Assembly (NCBI GenBank): GCA_964435205.1 | Contig: CAYSYZ010000001.1 | Coordinates: forward strand, 1-54,587 | DNA: 54,587 nucleotides | Direction: 5' to 3' | Source: an uncultured Desulfovibrionales bacterium | GTDB lineage: Bacteria; Desulfobacterota; QYQD01 | Shown: in pieces, positions 19,996 to 32,537 of the stretch | Layout: each line of letters opens with the position of its first letter | How positions within the stretch are numbered: position 1 is the stretch's first letter | Program-made: the position numbers and the translations under genes | Notes under the pieces: generated by a model | The model's input: only the letters and a program-made list of their open reading frames with translations | Database searches by the model: none | What the model was told of the DNA's origin: nothing

Positions 19996-21168
19996 TTAAT
20001 GGGGCGCTATCCTGTTAATGTCTTCTTGTGCCCGGATCCTGGACAAACGATCAACCGTCATAATATCTTCCAGTGAACCAACGGCAGGAGTTTCCAGGCT
20101 GCACATGCTGCCTTCCACAATCCTGGCGATATCCGTAAACCGAATGGTCCCTTCCAGAAATGCTGCTACGGCTACCTCGTTGGCAGCATTAAGAATAACG
20201 GGTAGGCATCCTCCCTTATCGTTCTCACAAGCGCTGTACGCAAGCCGCAGGCACGGAAATTTTTCCATATCCGGTTCCAAAAAGGTCGGGTTATTTACCG
20301 CCGGCAGACTTAACCGCGGGAGCCCCATGTCGATCCGCTCCGGGAATGAAAGGGCATAACCGATGGGAATACGCATGTCCGGTACTCCCAATTGGGCAAT
20401 TATGGAACCATCTATGTACTCCACCATAGAATGCACGATACTCTGCGGGTGTATCTGCACCGAAATTTGTTCCACCGACAGACCGAAAAGCCATTTGGCC
20501 TCAATGACTTCCAATCCCTTATTCATTAGGGTAGCAGAATCAATGGTTATCTTCTTACCCATTTTCCAATTGGGATGTTTTAATGCCTCAGCGGGGGTTA
20601 CGCTATGTAGCATCTCGTAAGAATAATCTAAGAATGGTCCCCCTGAAGCCGTAAGTATGATTTGCCTAACATCTTCCTTACGGTGCCCCAACAGAGATTG
20701 AAAGACGGCACTGTGTTCACTATCAATGGGAATTATGGAGGTGCCCCTTTCATGGGCCGCTTTCATGATCAGTGAACCGGCCATAACCAGGACTTCTTTA
20801 TTGGCTAGAGCAAGGTTCTTTCCCGCACAAATGGCTTCATAACTAGGCAGCAGGCCAGCCGCGCCAACCATGGCCGAAACCACCATGTCTACTTCCGGGA
20901 GGGTTGCCACCTCTTTGCACCCTTCAAGGCCAGAGACTACCTTTACATTCACCGCCTGTGGTATCTGACTTCTTAATTCCGCCGCCAATCCCCCGTCTTG
21001 CACAGAGACCAAACGCGGTCTAAATTTTTCAATTTGCTCTCTCAATAAGCCAATGTTTCTTCCGGCAGAAAGACCGACTATTTGAAAACGTTCTGGAAAA
21101 CGCGATACCACTTCCAGGACGTTGCGTCCCACAGAACCGGTTGAACCCAAAACAGATAGGTTTCTCAA
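19996..21168 (-). CDS. dxr: 1-deoxy-D-xylulose 5-phosphate reductoisomerase
   Basis: LGSTGSVGRN, LALANKEVLVMAG, IPIDSEHSAVFQ, NAANEVAVAAFL. Confidence 0.95.
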   Translation of the reverse strand: MRNLSVLGSTGSVGRNVLEVVSRFPERFQIVGLSAGRNIGLLREQIEKFRPRLVSVQDGGLAAELRSQIPQAVNVKVVSGLEGCKEVATLPEVDMVVSAMVGAAGLLPSYEAICAGKNLALANKEVLVMAGSLIMKAAHERGTSIIPIDSEHSAVFQSLLGHRKEDVRQIILTASGGPFLDYSYEMLHSVTPAEALKHPNWKMGKKITIDSATLMNKGLEVIEAKWLFGLSVEQISVQIHPQSIVHSMVEYIDGSIIAQLGVPDMRIPIGYALSFPERIDMGLPRLSLPAVNNPTFLEPDMEKFPCLRLAYSACENDKGGCLPVILNAANEVAVAAFLEGTIRFTDIARIVEGSMCSLETPAVGSLEDIMTVDRLSRIRAQEDINRIAPH

Positions 21169-21220
21169 GATATTATTTCCCGTTTGCTAGCATCGCATTT
21201 TTCGACCTATTAGTAACCAA

Positions 21221-22027
21221 CTATGGCCTGACGAAAAATACGAGTTCGTAAAATAGCATAGGCGTGGCCAGAATAACCCCATCTATGCGATCCAGTAACC
21301 CTCCATGCCCTGGTAAGAGATTCCCAGAATCCTTTACACCAACGGCACGTTTAAACATTGACTCTACAAGGTCGCCAATCTGAGCTGTGATACCCAGGCT
21401 AAGGGCCAGAAAAATAACCTGTCCTGCCGTTAGCCAGGGGAAAAAGTAATTTCTCATCAAATAAGCCGCTCCAATACTGGCAACCAGTCCTCCGATAGCC
21501 CCTTCTTTAGTCTTTCCCGGGCTTACTCGCGGGCAAAGCTTATGACGTCCTAAGAAACTACCTACAAAGTAGGCCCCTGTATCACCCGCAAAGACTACGG
21601 CCAAAAGGAACAAAACCCAGACCTGTCCCATAGCCAGGTGCCTCAAAAAGACAAGGTGAGACAGAAAAAAGGGAACATATAGCAAGCCGACAGTGAAGGT
21701 TCCAACTGAATGCAAGACGTTAGAATGAGCCTCATAAGTGAACAAAAAATATAACAGGCTCAGTGCCAGCACTATAAAGAGTACCGCCAGCATATAAGGA
21801 AAAGAGAATTTATAGCTGGAAAAAACGATAAGGGTTCCTAGCAAAATTCCGAAACCGGCCGGGAGCAAGGGATCAGTTTTCCTGGCTAGGGCGTAATACT
21901 CCCGGAGACTGATCACTACCGTTATTAGGATCAGCAACAAGAAAACGAACTTGGACCCAAACCATATCACAGCCGATATAAGCGGCGCAGCAATTACTGC
22001 AGTCATTATACGTTTAAAGTGTTGCAT
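21221..22027 (-). CDS. cdsA: Phosphatidate cytidylyltransferase
   Basis: Signature SMFKRAVGVKDSGNLLPGHGGLLDRID, multi-TM. ATG 22027 (MQHFKR) chosen because the listed longer form would overlap uppS by over 100 nt. Confidence 0.9.
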   Translation of the reverse strand: MQHFKRIMTAVIAAPLISAVIWFGSKFVFLLLILITVVISLREYYALARKTDPLLPAGFGILLGTLIVFSSYKFSFPYMLAVLFIVLALSLLYFLFTYEAHSNVLHSVGTFTVGLLYVPFFLSHLVFLRHLAMGQVWVLFLLAVVFAGDTGAYFVGSFLGRHKLCPRVSPGKTKEGAIGGLVASIGAAYLMRNYFFPWLTAGQVIFLALSLGITAQIGDLVESMFKRAVGVKDSGNLLPGHGGLLDRIDGVILATPMLFYELVFFVRP

Positions 22028-22035
22028 GGAAATAT

Positions 22036-22791
22036 CTATCGGCTGACTTGAATCTGTTCGCTTGTCAGACCAAAGCGCCTCTCTCTCATCTGATAATCCA
22101 GAAGAGCACTCACAAGGTGCTCCTTGCGAAAGTCCGGCCACAAAACATCTGTAACATAGATCTCCGTATAGGCAGTTTGCCAGAGCAGAAAGTTGCTTAT
22201 CCGGTATTCGCCGCTCGTCCTTATAAGAAAGTCCGGGTCAGGCATCCCAGCTGTATCCAGGGCCTTACTTAGGCATTCTTCGCCTATTTCATCCGGTTCT
22301 AGCTCACCCTGCTTTACCCTACGCGTAATCTCACGCACGGCGCGCACGATCTCGTCACGGCCGCTGTAACTTAGAGCCAGAGTAAGAACCATATCCTGAT
22401 TAGACTCTGTCTGTTTAATAGTGTGCAACAAGGTCTCATACACAGACTCGGGAAGTCTTCCAATCTCTCCGATAGCCCGTAACGAGATTCTATTAGTAAG
22501 CATCTCCTCTAACTCCCGGGCTAGATACTCAGATAGGAGACTCATAAGGGCGCTAACCTCCCCCGGAGGCCGTTGCCAGTTCTCCTGAGAAAAGGCGTAT
22601 AATGTCAGAAACTTGATGCCCAGCTCACGGCAGGTTCTGACTACTTCCCGCACGGACTTAACGCCTTCCCTGTGCCCGGCTACACGGTTCAAAGAGCGCA
22701 ACTTTGCCCATCGACCATTTCCGTCCATGATTATGGCTAGATGCCGGGGCAACTTTTCGCGATTTGACAATGAATCAACCAAATAAGGCAA
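22036..22791 (-). CDS. uppS: Isoprenyl transferase (undecaprenyl diphosphate synthase)
   Basis: HLAIIMDGNGRWA and RTSGEYRISNFLLWQ. TTG start. Confidence 0.95.
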   Translation of the reverse strand: MPYLVDSLSNREKLPRHLAIIMDGNGRWAKLRSLNRVAGHREGVKSVREVVRTCRELGIKFLTLYAFSQENWQRPPGEVSALMSLLSEYLARELEEMLTNRISLRAIGEIGRLPESVYETLLHTIKQTESNQDMVLTLALSYSGRDEIVRAVREITRRVKQGELEPDEIGEECLSKALDTAGMPDPDFLIRTSGEYRISNFLLWQTAYTEIYVTDVLWPDFRKEHLVSALLDYQMRERRFGLTSEQIQVSR

Positions 22792-22874
22792 AGTCCACGA
22801 CCTCTATATCAAGAGATAAGTGAGGAATGATCCGGATGATGCCCAAGGGGAGAAAACATGTAGGTAGTATATTA

Positions 22875-24162
<1,288 letters not shown>

Positions 24163-24765
24163 TTATTCACCGCCCTCACCAAGCTGATACCGTGTAAAGC
24201 GCCGAATAAGTATGTTCTCACCGGTTTTAGCTATCAGTTCATTTAGAACGTCTTGAACCGTAAGATCGGGGTCACGAACGTATTTCTGTTCTAAAAGGCA
24301 GGTTTCACCATAGTACTTCTGTATCCGTCCCTCAACTATCTTGTCCAAAATCTTCTCCGGCTTTCCAGCCTCAATAGCTTGCGCACGGTAAATCTCCTTC
24401 TCTTTTTCCAGCACCTCGTGTGGAACGTCTTCTCTGCGGAGATAAAGAGGACTGGCAGCCGCAATCTGCATGGCCATATTCTTGACAAATTCTTGAAACT
24501 GGTCAGTCTTGGCCACGAAATCCGTTTCACAGTTAACCTCGACCAGCACTCCTATCTTACCACCGGCATGGATGTAGGCCTGAACGGCTCCTTCAGTCAT
24601 CGCCCGACCAGCGCGCTTAATGGCCACCGCTAACCCCTTTTTCCGGAGGTAGGCAACGGCCTTCTCCATATCCCCTTCACATTCCTTGAGAGCGGCCTTA
24701 CAATCCAGCACGCCAGCATTAGTTTTATCGCGTAACTCTTTTACAGCCTTTGCCGAAATTTCCAC
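24163..24765 (-). CDS. tsf: Translation elongation factor Ts (short form)
   Basis: [25 protein letters not shown]-terminal domain. GTG at 24765 chosen because it gives about 200 aa and avoids overlap with rpsB. The listed 221-aa form begins inside the rpsB 3-prime end. Confidence 0.9.
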   Translation of the reverse strand: MEISAKAVKELRDKTNAGVLDCKAALKECEGDMEKAVAYLRKKGLAVAIKRAGRAMTEGAVQAYIHAGGKIGVLVEVNCETDFVAKTDQFQEFVKNMAMQIAAASPLYLRREDVPHEVLEKEKEIYRAQAIEAGKPEKILDKIVEGRIQKYYGETCLLEQKYVRDPDLTVQDVLNELIAKTGENILIRRFTRYQLGEGGE

Positions 24766-24824
24766 CCTACCATACCCCCCTTGACATCTACACATGGATA
24801 ACCATGTTAATAACTTGGAATAAA

Positions 24825-25628
24825 TCACTCCTCATCTTCGGCTGAAGAAGCTAAAACCTCTTGTTGGGTAGCGCTAGCCTCTTCCAGACTGGCTTCTACC
24901 GGAACCGGGGTCTCGACAGCAGCTTCGGCCTGGAGACTTGCCTCCAGACGCCCTTTACCTTCCACACAGGCATCTGCCATTCGGGAAGTCAAAAGCCTGA
25001 TAGCTCTTATGGCGTCATCATTTCCCGGTATTACATAGTCAATGCCATCGGGATCGCAATTAGTATCCACAATGGCGACAACCGGGATCCCTAACTTCCG
25101 AGCCTCCTTTACTGCAATATCCTCTTTTTTAGGGTCGACCACAAATAGAGCACCGGGCACTTCATCCATCTCTTTTATACCCCCCAGCGATTTCTCTAAC
25201 TTAACGATCTCTTTCTCCATCTGAAGAATCTCTTTCTTCGGAAAACGCTGGATGCTCCCGTCCTCTTTCATGGCTTCCAAGCTCTTCAGCCGCTCAATAC
25301 CCTTACGGATGGTCTGAAAATTAGTCAGCATCCCCCCCAGCCAACGACTACTTACATGAAACATGCCGCATCGTTTGGCTTCTTCAACGATAGACTCTTG
25401 AGCCTGTTTCTTCGTTCCAACGAATAAAACAGATTTCCCCTCGCTCGCGGCCTGCACAATAAACTCATAAGCAACCCTGAATAGTTGCACGGTCTTTTGC
25501 AGGTCAATGATATAAATGCCATTTCTGGCCCCAAAAATGTAAGGTTTCATTTTGGGATTCCATCGCCTGGTCTGATGACCAAAGTGAACTCCGGCTTCCA
25601 ACAATTGCTTCATGGTAACATAAGACAT
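24825..25628 (-). CDS. rpsB: 30S ribosomal protein S2
   Basis: [19 protein letters not shown]. Acidic C-terminal tail. GGGAGGAG RBS. Confidence 0.95.
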   Translation of the reverse strand: MSYVTMKQLLEAGVHFGHQTRRWNPKMKPYIFGARNGIYIIDLQKTVQLFRVAYEFIVQAASEGKSVLFVGTKKQAQESIVEEAKRCGMFHVSSRWLGGMLTNFQTIRKGIERLKSLEAMKEDGSIQRFPKKEILQMEKEIVKLEKSLGGIKEMDEVPGALFVVDPKKEDIAVKEARKLGIPVVAIVDTNCDPDGIDYVIPGNDDAIRAIRLLTSRMADACVEGKGRLEASLQAEAAVETPVPVEASLEEASATQQEVLASSAEDEE

Positions 25629-25680
25629 AGTACTCCTCCCTTTTGGTTGGTTTCCTCCACCCTCATCGTCTTGCCGTTAA

Positions 25681-25696
25681 GTCCGCCGAAGCAGAC
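25681..25696 (-). promoter_or_regulatory. UUCG-capped hairpin in the rpsB 5-prime leader
   Basis: Minus strand GUCUGC-UUCG-GCGGAC (6 bp including one G-U), about 50 nt upstream of the rpsB ATG within a 216-nt non-coding leader. Confidence 0.3.
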
Positions 25697-25844
25697 ACCA
25701 AGGACAATCAGAAGGTGTGCGTATTGAAAACAGTGCTTTCTAACACAAAATTGCATCCCTTGCAAATCAAAATTGAATGGTTCCCTTATGTTACCGAGGG
25801 TGCCTCTCAACTAATCCTCCCCCATAGTTGCGTGTTTGTACAAA

Positions 25845-27071
25845 TCAACTACGGTAAGTAGCATTGATACGTATGTAATCCGTAGACAGGTCACACGTCC
25901 AGACATTAAAATCAAAATGCCCCATGCCCAGATCTATGGTCAAAATAAATTCTTTTTCACGCATAACGTCTGTAGCTGCCGTTTCCGCTGCCGGTCCACA
26001 ACCAAGGCCATTCTTGGCGATGGGATGTGTATTCATCGCAATACCTACACGTCCCGGGTCCACTATCGCACCAGACCTTCCTATCGCCGCCATAATACGG
26101 CCCCAGTTGGCGTCTTCACCAAAGAGCGCTGTCTTTACCAAATTAGAATTAGCCACAGCGTAGGCCGCCTTACGGGCTTGGTTAACGCTCGCGGCGCCAG
26201 TTATACGAACTTCGACTAGTTTTGTCGCACCCTCGCCATCCCTTACGATCATCCTGGCTAAATCCACAAGAAGTTCTGCCAGCAACCTTTCGAAAACATC
26301 CCTGCTGGCAGCCTCACGGCTGATGCATCTATTATTGGCCTCACCACTGGCCAGTGCTATTACCGAATCGTTGGTACTCATATCCCCATCTACGGTGATA
26401 CGGTTAAAAGACATGGAAACAGCATGTTTCAGTGACGCTCTAAGGGCATCGGCCTTTATGGCTGCGTCAGTCATCACAAAGCAGAGCATAGTAGCCATTT
26501 GCGGCATGATCATTCCCGCCCCTTTGGCTATAGCCACCATACGGATGGGAACTCCATCAATAAAGCCTTCGCGAACGGCAATTTTAGTTGCCCTATCCGT
26601 CGTCAGGATAGCTTTGCCAACTTCCTCTAAACAATCCGGGGAAAGGGATTGGACAAGCTGAGGAATGGCCTTTTTTATCCTCTCTGTAGGGAGAAATTGA
26701 CCGATAACGCCGGTTGAGGATACGAGAACCCGTTGCTCGTCTATCTTTAGATGTCCAGCAAGAACCCGCGATAATTCTATCACATCTTCCAGTCCCCGGG
26801 CCCCGGTACAGGCATTTGCATTACCGCTGTTTACAAGGATGGCCTGAGCAAGTCTTCGACGTAAGCGCTCTCGGCTTATAACTACAGGTGCGGCTTTGAC
26901 GCGATTGGTGGTAAATACTCCCGCCGCTACGCCTGGTTTCTTCGCGTATATAAGCCCTAAATCCAATCTCCCCGGCTTTTTGATGGAAGCTCCAACGGCG
27001 GAAAACAAAAAGCCTTTTATTTGTAGTTTACTTTCTTCCACAGCACTTCTTATATTTTTTGCCACTACCAC
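25845..27071 (-). CDS. argJ: Bifunctional glutamate N-acetyltransferase / amino-acid acetyltransferase
   Basis: Autoproteolysis site context [14 protein letters not shown]. 408 aa. GTG start candidates at 27071, 27065 and 27041 all lie inside the secA 3-prime end. Confidence 0.9.
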   Translation of the reverse strand: MVVAKNIRSAVEESKLQIKGFLFSAVGASIKKPGRLDLGLIYAKKPGVAAGVFTTNRVKAAPVVISRERLRRRLAQAILVNSGNANACTGARGLEDVIELSRVLAGHLKIDEQRVLVSSTGVIGQFLPTERIKKAIPQLVQSLSPDCLEEVGKAILTTDRATKIAVREGFIDGVPIRMVAIAKGAGMIMPQMATMLCFVMTDAAIKADALRASLKHAVSMSFNRITVDGDMSTNDSVIALASGEANNRCISREAASRDVFERLLAELLVDLARMIVRDGEGATKLVEVRITGAASVNQARKAAYAVANSNLVKTALFGEDANWGRIMAAIGRSGAIVDPGRVGIAMNTHPIAKNGLGCGPAAETAATDVMREKEFILTIDLGMGHFDFNVWTCDLSTDYIRINATYRS

Positions 27072-29550
27072 AAGGGCAAGGTTGATTACGCCCTATCTTG
27101 TCACTCTGCCGCCTTACCGGCTCTGCTTCCCCACCCTGGCCACGATTCAGAAACAAATCCTGCTCTCTCTGTTTCTGATTAATTTCAAAATCCACCTCCT
27201 TTGCCAGCTGCACCCGGTAAAGAGTAGAAACCGCCTCGCCTTTTATGCGTTCTACCATAGCCATGAACATCTCATATCCTTCTCTCTTATATTCCTGAAG
27301 TGGGTCCTTCTGACCATAGCCACGAAGACCTATACCCTCTTTCAAATGATCCATGTTGAGCAGATGATCTTTCCATAGGCTATCCACAGTCTGTAGAGTA
27401 ACGAAACGTTCTAACGAACGGAATGCCTCTTCTCCGAACTCTTTCTCTTTAAGAGCATATGCCTCCTTTGCCCTGGTCAGCACCAACTCCTCAAGCTTTT
27501 CCCGGTTCAAGGTCTTCATTTCGTCTTCTGCGATAGAGAAGTGGATCGAAAATTGGCTATAAAATCGATCTGCCAATGCCTTCCAATCCCATTCCTCTGG
27601 CGGACTATTTTCGTCGATCACGCCGTCCGCAACAGCTAAGGCCATATCTTCTACCATTTGCAGGATGTATTCCCGCAAGCTATCACTACTCAAAATCTCA
27701 CGCCGCTGCCGGTATATGATCTCTCTTTGCTGATTCATGACGTCATCATATTCCAGAAGACGTTTTCTAATCTCAAAATTCTGCCCCTCTACTCTTCTCT
27801 GGGCATTTTCAATGGCCTTAGAAACGAGGCTGTGTTCAATAGGCTGGTCCTCTTCCATACCCAGCCTGTCCATTATAGAGGAAATGCGTTCTGAACCAAA
27901 TATGCGCAAAAGGTCATCTTCCAGGGATAGATAGAACCGTGAAGAGCCTGGATCACCCTGACGTCCAGCCCGTCCACGGAGCTGATTATCAATACGCCTG
28001 GCCTCATGCCTTTCAGTACCTAGAATATGCAGCCCGCCTAGCTCAGGCACGCCATCCCCGAGGACAATATCAGTACCGCGGCCAGCCATGTTCGTGGATA
28101 TGGTTACAACTCCTCTCTGTCCGGCTTGTGCCACAATCTCTGCTTCCTTTTCGTGGTGCTTGGCGTTCAGTACAGAATGTTTAATCCCGGCCCGGCGGAG
28201 GAAATTACTTAAGCGCTCTGATTTCTCAATGGATATAGTCCCCACCAGTACCGGCTGTCCCTGGATGTAGAGTTCTTCTATTTCCCGCACTACGGCTTTA
28301 AACTTCTCCTCCTCCGTTTTATAGATAGCATCCGGATAATCCGTGCGGATCATGAGCTTGTTGGTAGGAATAACCACCACGTCAAGATTATAGATTTTCT
28401 GGAACTCCGCCGCCTCTGTATCCGCTGTACCAGTCATCCCGGCCAGTTTTTCATACATGCGGAAATAATTCTGGAAGGTAATGGAGGCCAGCGTTTGGCT
28501 CTCGTTTTCGATTTTTACCCGTTCCTTGGCTTCCAGGGCCTGGTGCAACCCCTCACTATAACGGCGGCCCGGCATGAGCCTACCCGTAAACTCATCAACA
28601 ATGACCACCTCACCGTCTTTGACTATGTAGTCCACATCCTTCCTGAAAAGCACATGGGCACGTAGGGCCTGATTCACATGGTGCAACAAATCTATGTGCT
28701 TCGGATCATAGAGATTGTCCACCTTTAGCCATTTCTCAGCCCGTGCTACACCATCCTCAGTCAAGACTACGGTACGTGTCTTTTCTTCCACTATATAATC
28801 TCGTTCTGATTTCAGCTGGGGGATAATCCTATCCACACGATAATAAAGCTCTGTGGATTCTTCAGTTGGGCCTGAAATGATAAGCGGGGTGCGCGCCTCA
28901 TCTATAAGGATACTGTCGACCTCATCCACGAGGGCGTAGTAAAAGTCACGCTGCACGAAATCGTCGATATTGAACTTCATATTGTCGCGCAGGTAATCAA
29001 AACCGAACTCGTTGTTAGTGCCGTAGGTGACATCAGCACAATAAGCCAGCTTGCGCTCGACATCGTTCAAGCCATGAACTATCACTCCCACTGAAAGACC
29101 CAGGAACTTATAAATTCCGCCCATCCATTCAGCATCACGTCTGGCCAGATAATCATTCACCGTCACTACTTGTACGCCCCGCCCGACAAGTGCATTGAGA
29201 TAAACCGGCAGGGTTGCCACAAGTGTTTTCCCCTCACCGGTCTTCATCTCCGCTATTTTGCCCTGATGTAGAACGATGCCGCCCATAAGCTGAACGTCAA
29301 AATGGCGCTGCCCCAGAACCCGCTTGCCGGCTTCACGAACTACGGCGAAGGCCTCTGGTAAGAGATCCTCAACAGACTCCCCTTTTGCCAGGCGGTTTTT
29401 AAACTCAGCCGTCTTTCCTCGTAGTACATCGTCGCTTAAGGCACTGATTGTTGGCTCAAGGCTGTTTATGTGGCTAACAATCGAGCTTAATCGATTTATC
29501 TCCCGGTCATTTTTGGTGCCAAATACCTTGGCTAATAGATTTCCGATCAT
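27028..29550 (-). CDS. secA: Preprotein translocase ATPase SecA
   Basis: [30 protein letters not shown], and C-terminal zinc-binding [14 protein letters not shown]. 840 aa. Confidence 0.97.
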   Translation of the reverse strand: MIGNLLAKVFGTKNDREINRLSSIVSHINSLEPTISALSDDVLRGKTAEFKNRLAKGESVEDLLPEAFAVVREAGKRVLGQRHFDVQLMGGIVLHQGKIAEMKTGEGKTLVATLPVYLNALVGRGVQVVTVNDYLARRDAEWMGGIYKFLGLSVGVIVHGLNDVERKLAYCADVTYGTNNEFGFDYLRDNMKFNIDDFVQRDFYYALVDEVDSILIDEARTPLIISGPTEESTELYYRVDRIIPQLKSERDYIVEEKTRTVVLTEDGVARAEKWLKVDNLYDPKHIDLLHHVNQALRAHVLFRKDVDYIVKDGEVVIVDEFTGRLMPGRRYSEGLHQALEAKERVKIENESQTLASITFQNYFRMYEKLAGMTGTADTEAAEFQKIYNLDVVVIPTNKLMIRTDYPDAIYKTEEEKFKAVVREIEELYIQGQPVLVGTISIEKSERLSNFLRRAGIKHSVLNAKHHEKEAEIVAQAGQRGVVTISTNMAGRGTDIVLGDGVPELGGLHILGTERHEARRIDNQLRGRAGRQGDPGSSRFYLSLEDDLLRIFGSERISSIMDRLGMEEDQPIEHSLVSKAIENAQRRVEGQNFEIRKRLLEYDDVMNQQREIIYRQRREILSSDSLREYILQMVEDMALAVADGVIDENSPPEEWDWKALADRFYSQFSIHFSIAEDEMKTLNREKLEELVLTRAKEAYALKEKEFGEEAFRSLERFVTLQTVDSLWKDHLLNMDHLKEGIGLRGYGQKDPLQEYKREGYEMFMAMVERIKGEAVSTLYRVQLAKEVDFEINQKQREQDLFLNRGQGGEAEPVRRQSDKIGRNQPCPCGSGKKYKKCCGRK

Positions 29551-29644
29551 CTCTATCTACCTAACTTATGCGACTGGCTGGCTGAATAACAGTCTTCCAA
29601 TCGCTTTTCGCTTCATCCTCATACTTTATTTGATTTTAAAATCT

Positions 29645-30100
29645 TCAGACCTGCAAGAGCAAGGCAACCTCATCACATCCCGGGAATTTGTAGCATTTTA
29701 TGCAATCGCTCCATATCTTTTGCGGCAGGTCGCCTTTATCAATCTTTACAAATCCAAGACGTATAAAAAAATCTGGTTGGTTGGTTAGAGTAAATATCCC
29801 ATGAATACCCAGGGTAATAGCTTCCTCGATGCAGGCCTTCACTAAATCTGTACCGGCACCACGGCGTTGAAAGCCCTCAGCTACGGCCAACGACCTGATC
29901 TCAGCAAGGTCATCCCAGCAGATATGTAACGCACAGGTTCCAACTACCCGTCCACTCTCGCTATCCTGGTAAACATAAAAATCTCGTAAGCTATCATAAA
30001 GCTCACTTAAAGAGCGGCCCAGAAGGTCGCCCCGCTTAGCAAACGTGCTAAGCAATTGATGAATACTGCCGACATCAGACATACAAGCCTTACGGATCAT
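29645..30100 (-). CDS. GNAT family N-acetyltransferase (short ArgA/N-acetylglutamate-synthase-like, COG1246-type)
   Basis: Acetyl-CoA site FQRRGAGTDLV, and a C-terminal LPQKIWSDCIKCYKFPGCDE pattern I associate with short ArgA-like GNATs. 151 aa. Confidence 0.7.
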   Translation of the reverse strand: MIRKACMSDVGSIHQLLSTFAKRGDLLGRSLSELYDSLRDFYVYQDSESGRVVGTCALHICWDDLAEIRSLAVAEGFQRRGAGTDLVKACIEEAITLGIHGIFTLTNQPDFFIRLGFVKIDKGDLPQKIWSDCIKCYKFPGCDEVALLLQV

Positions 30101-30103
30101 ACA

Positions 30104-30739
30104 TTAATCCTTTGTAATCGCGTCAGGAAAAGCCGGAACGGTAACCGTAGTTATGTACATCTTCGTCTTCTCCTTCTCAGCTATGCGATTAGCAAGTGTA
30201 TTGGCTTCACCTACGGCACTAAAACGTCCTATCTGTACACGATACCAGGCGCCAGTTGGTGCCTCATTCCTGGTAACGAAAACCTCATAACCTTTCTTCT
30301 CCCATACTTTCTTTAGTTCCTCTGCCTTATTGGCGTCACGAAGCGAAGCAACTTGCAGAGTAAAAAATACTTTGGAACCGGGACTCGCTTTTTCAATGTC
30401 CACCGTCTCGTCACCGGACGGAAGTTTCGGGGGCACTTCATCCTGCACGGGCTGACCGTCCTGGCTCATCTTCTCATGTAAAAAAATCCCATTCCGGTCA
30501 ATTGGAGCCGGTACTGGTTTTTCGCATTTTTTAGTTTCCTCGCCGGCTTGCGCTGAAGGAGGCAGGGCAGTCGATTCCAATTTCTTGACCGTGCCGGTGT
30601 ACAAACCTCGACCAACCCATATGCCAAAAATAAACATCCAGAGAAGGACGCCAAAAGTGGCCAGACCTATGACCACTAATCCTCCCCGACTAATCTCAAT
30701 TTTATATATACGCCGGTCTTTCCTTCTTTTTGAGCCCAT
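30104..30739 (-). CDS. SPOR domain-containing membrane protein
   Basis: N-terminal TM (LVVIGLATFGVLLWMFIFGIWV), low-complexity linker, C-terminal SPOR-like FTLQVASLRDANKAEELKKVWEKKGYEVFV...WYRVQIGRF. Confidence 0.75.
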   Translation of the reverse strand: MGSKRRKDRRIYKIEISRGGLVVIGLATFGVLLWMFIFGIWVGRGLYTGTVKKLESTALPPSAQAGEETKKCEKPVPAPIDRNGIFLHEKMSQDGQPVQDEVPPKLPSGDETVDIEKASPGSKVFFTLQVASLRDANKAEELKKVWEKKGYEVFVTRNEAPTGAWYRVQIGRFSAVGEANTLANRIAEKEKTKMYITTVTVPAFPDAITKD

Positions 30740-30767
30740 AATCCGTTACCTCAGGCACGTTTATACA

Positions 30768-32432
30768 TTACATTTTGTCAGGGGCCGAAACACCCAGTAT
30801 CTTGAGACCATTTTTCAGCACCTGCTGCACCCCCCGGATCATGGCAAGTCGAGCTTGCACTAGCGAGTCATTATCGCTGATAATTCGGTGTTTATTATAA
30901 AAATTGTGCAAAGATGCGGCCAGATCATCCAGATAAAAGGCAATGCGGTGGGGTTCAAGGGTCACAGCGCTGTCTTCAACGACTTCAGGATAAAAAGAAA
31001 GCACCTTCAGTAGCCGAATCTCTTCCGGAGCATTTAAAACCGACGGGTCTACTTCATTTAGAGGTAAAACGCGAATACCTTTCTCCGCGGCCATTTCAAA
31101 AACACTGGATATGCGGGCATGGGCATATTGCACATAATAAACCGGGTTTTCCTGGCTCTGACTCTTGGCTAAATCAAGGTCAAAATCAAGGTGACTGTTC
31201 GATCGCCGAGTTAAGAATGTGTAGCGAGCTGCGTCCTTACCCACCTCGTCTATGACTTCCCGCAGAGTAACAAATTCACCGGCACGCGTAGACATAGCCA
31301 CCGGTTTGCCGCCACGCACTAGATTCACTAACTGGACAAGAATTATGTTTACCTTTTCCTTGGGTTGTCCTAGGGCCTCAATGGCGGCTACTAGCCGCGG
31401 GACATAACCATGATGATCCGCCCCCCATATGTCGATTACAAGATCAAAGTTCCTCTCAAATTTGCTAAGGTGATACGCAATGTCTGAGGCAAAGTAGGTT
31501 GTTGCCCCTTTCCCGCGTACGACCACCCGATCTTTTTCATCACCAAAGGCAGTAGCTTTGAACCACAATGCTCCTTCTGCCTCATAAAGAAAATCCTTCT
31601 CCCGGAGAGTTTCCATAGCTCTCTCCACCGTGCCGGTGTCAAAAAGACTTTTTTCACTGAACCAGCAATCGTGAAAGACGTTGAAATCCGTAAGATCTCT
31701 CTTGATACCCTCCAGGATGACATGCTGTGCCTCGTGAGTAAAATACGTAATGGCCGAATCCCGGGGCTCGTCCAGAAAACGCCTTCCTTCCCGGTCAATG
31801 ATGGCTTGGGCGATATCCTTGATATAATCTCCCTGGTAATAGTTGGCCGGAAAGTCAACCTTGTCCCCCAGAAGCTCCCGGTAACGCAGATACGTGGAAG
31901 CCCCTAAAGTCTCCATTTGAGTGCCCACGTCGTTTATGTAGTATTCCTTTTCCACCTGAAATCCGGCAGTATCGAGCAGATTGGCCAAGCTATCTCCTGT
32001 GGCCGCTCCACGACCGTGCCCTATATGTAACGGACCGGTCGGGTTTGCACTGACAAATTCCACTTGTACCTTTTTCCCTTGACCTATATTTGATCGCCCA
32101 TAGTTTTTGCGTTTCCGTTCAATTTCGAATAATACCTCTCGCCAGCAACCTTCTTTCACAAAAAAATTGATAAACCCGGGTCCCGCCACCTCTATGCCGG
32201 ACAAAAAATCGGCATTCTGCTTAATCTCATCAGCCAATACCTGAGCAATCTCGCGTGGATTCTGCTTGAGAAAACCAGCCATTACTAACGCGACATTGGA
32301 CGAATAATCACCGTGAGTTTCTACCTTAGGCCTTTCCAACTGAAAACCGGAGACATCTTCATACTTGATCCCCTGCTGTTTTACAAAAGCCTTCACACAA
32401 TCTGAAACAATCGCTCGCAGTTTCTCTCTCAT
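30768..32432 (-). CDS. argS: Arginine--tRNA ligase
   Basis: Class I HIGH motif ANPTGPLHIGHGRG and MSTR (KMSKS-equivalent) PVAMSTRAGE. 554 aa. Confidence 0.95.
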   Translation of the reverse strand: MREKLRAIVSDCVKAFVKQQGIKYEDVSGFQLERPKVETHGDYSSNVALVMAGFLKQNPREIAQVLADEIKQNADFLSGIEVAGPGFINFFVKEGCWREVLFEIERKRKNYGRSNIGQGKKVQVEFVSANPTGPLHIGHGRGAATGDSLANLLDTAGFQVEKEYYINDVGTQMETLGASTYLRYRELLGDKVDFPANYYQGDYIKDIAQAIIDREGRRFLDEPRDSAITYFTHEAQHVILEGIKRDLTDFNVFHDCWFSEKSLFDTGTVERAMETLREKDFLYEAEGALWFKATAFGDEKDRVVVRGKGATTYFASDIAYHLSKFERNFDLVIDIWGADHHGYVPRLVAAIEALGQPKEKVNIILVQLVNLVRGGKPVAMSTRAGEFVTLREVIDEVGKDAARYTFLTRRSNSHLDFDLDLAKSQSQENPVYYVQYAHARISSVFEMAAEKGIRVLPLNEVDPSVLNAPEEIRLLKVLSFYPEVVEDSAVTLEPHRIAFYLDDLAASLHNFYNKHRIISDNDSLVQARLAMIRGVQQVLKNGLKILGVSAPDKM

Positions 32433-32537
32433 AGTCTAATATTCTCTCGTATCTTGTTTTTCACCCTCATAACTTTCTACGCTATTTGAAATAGTAACGG
32501 ACAAAAGAGGAATTTTATAAATCCTTTGGGTACATTG

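Noticed and set aside
22028-22141. N-terminal 38-codon extension of cdsA in the ORF track
   Set aside because: It would overlap uppS by over 100 nt. The internal ATG 22027 (MQHFKR) starts right after the uppS stop and precedes the first TM helix.
25610-25861. 66-aa (-) and 72-aa (+) ORFs in the rpsB leader
   Set aside because: They have no RBS and overlap each other and the rpsB start. I interpret this region as untranslated leader.
29632-29643. AT-rich palindromes GATTTTAAAATC (29632-29643) and TTTGTACAAA (25835-25844) adjacent to stop codons
   Set aside because: Short AT-rich palindromes are expected by chance, and there is no supporting structure.
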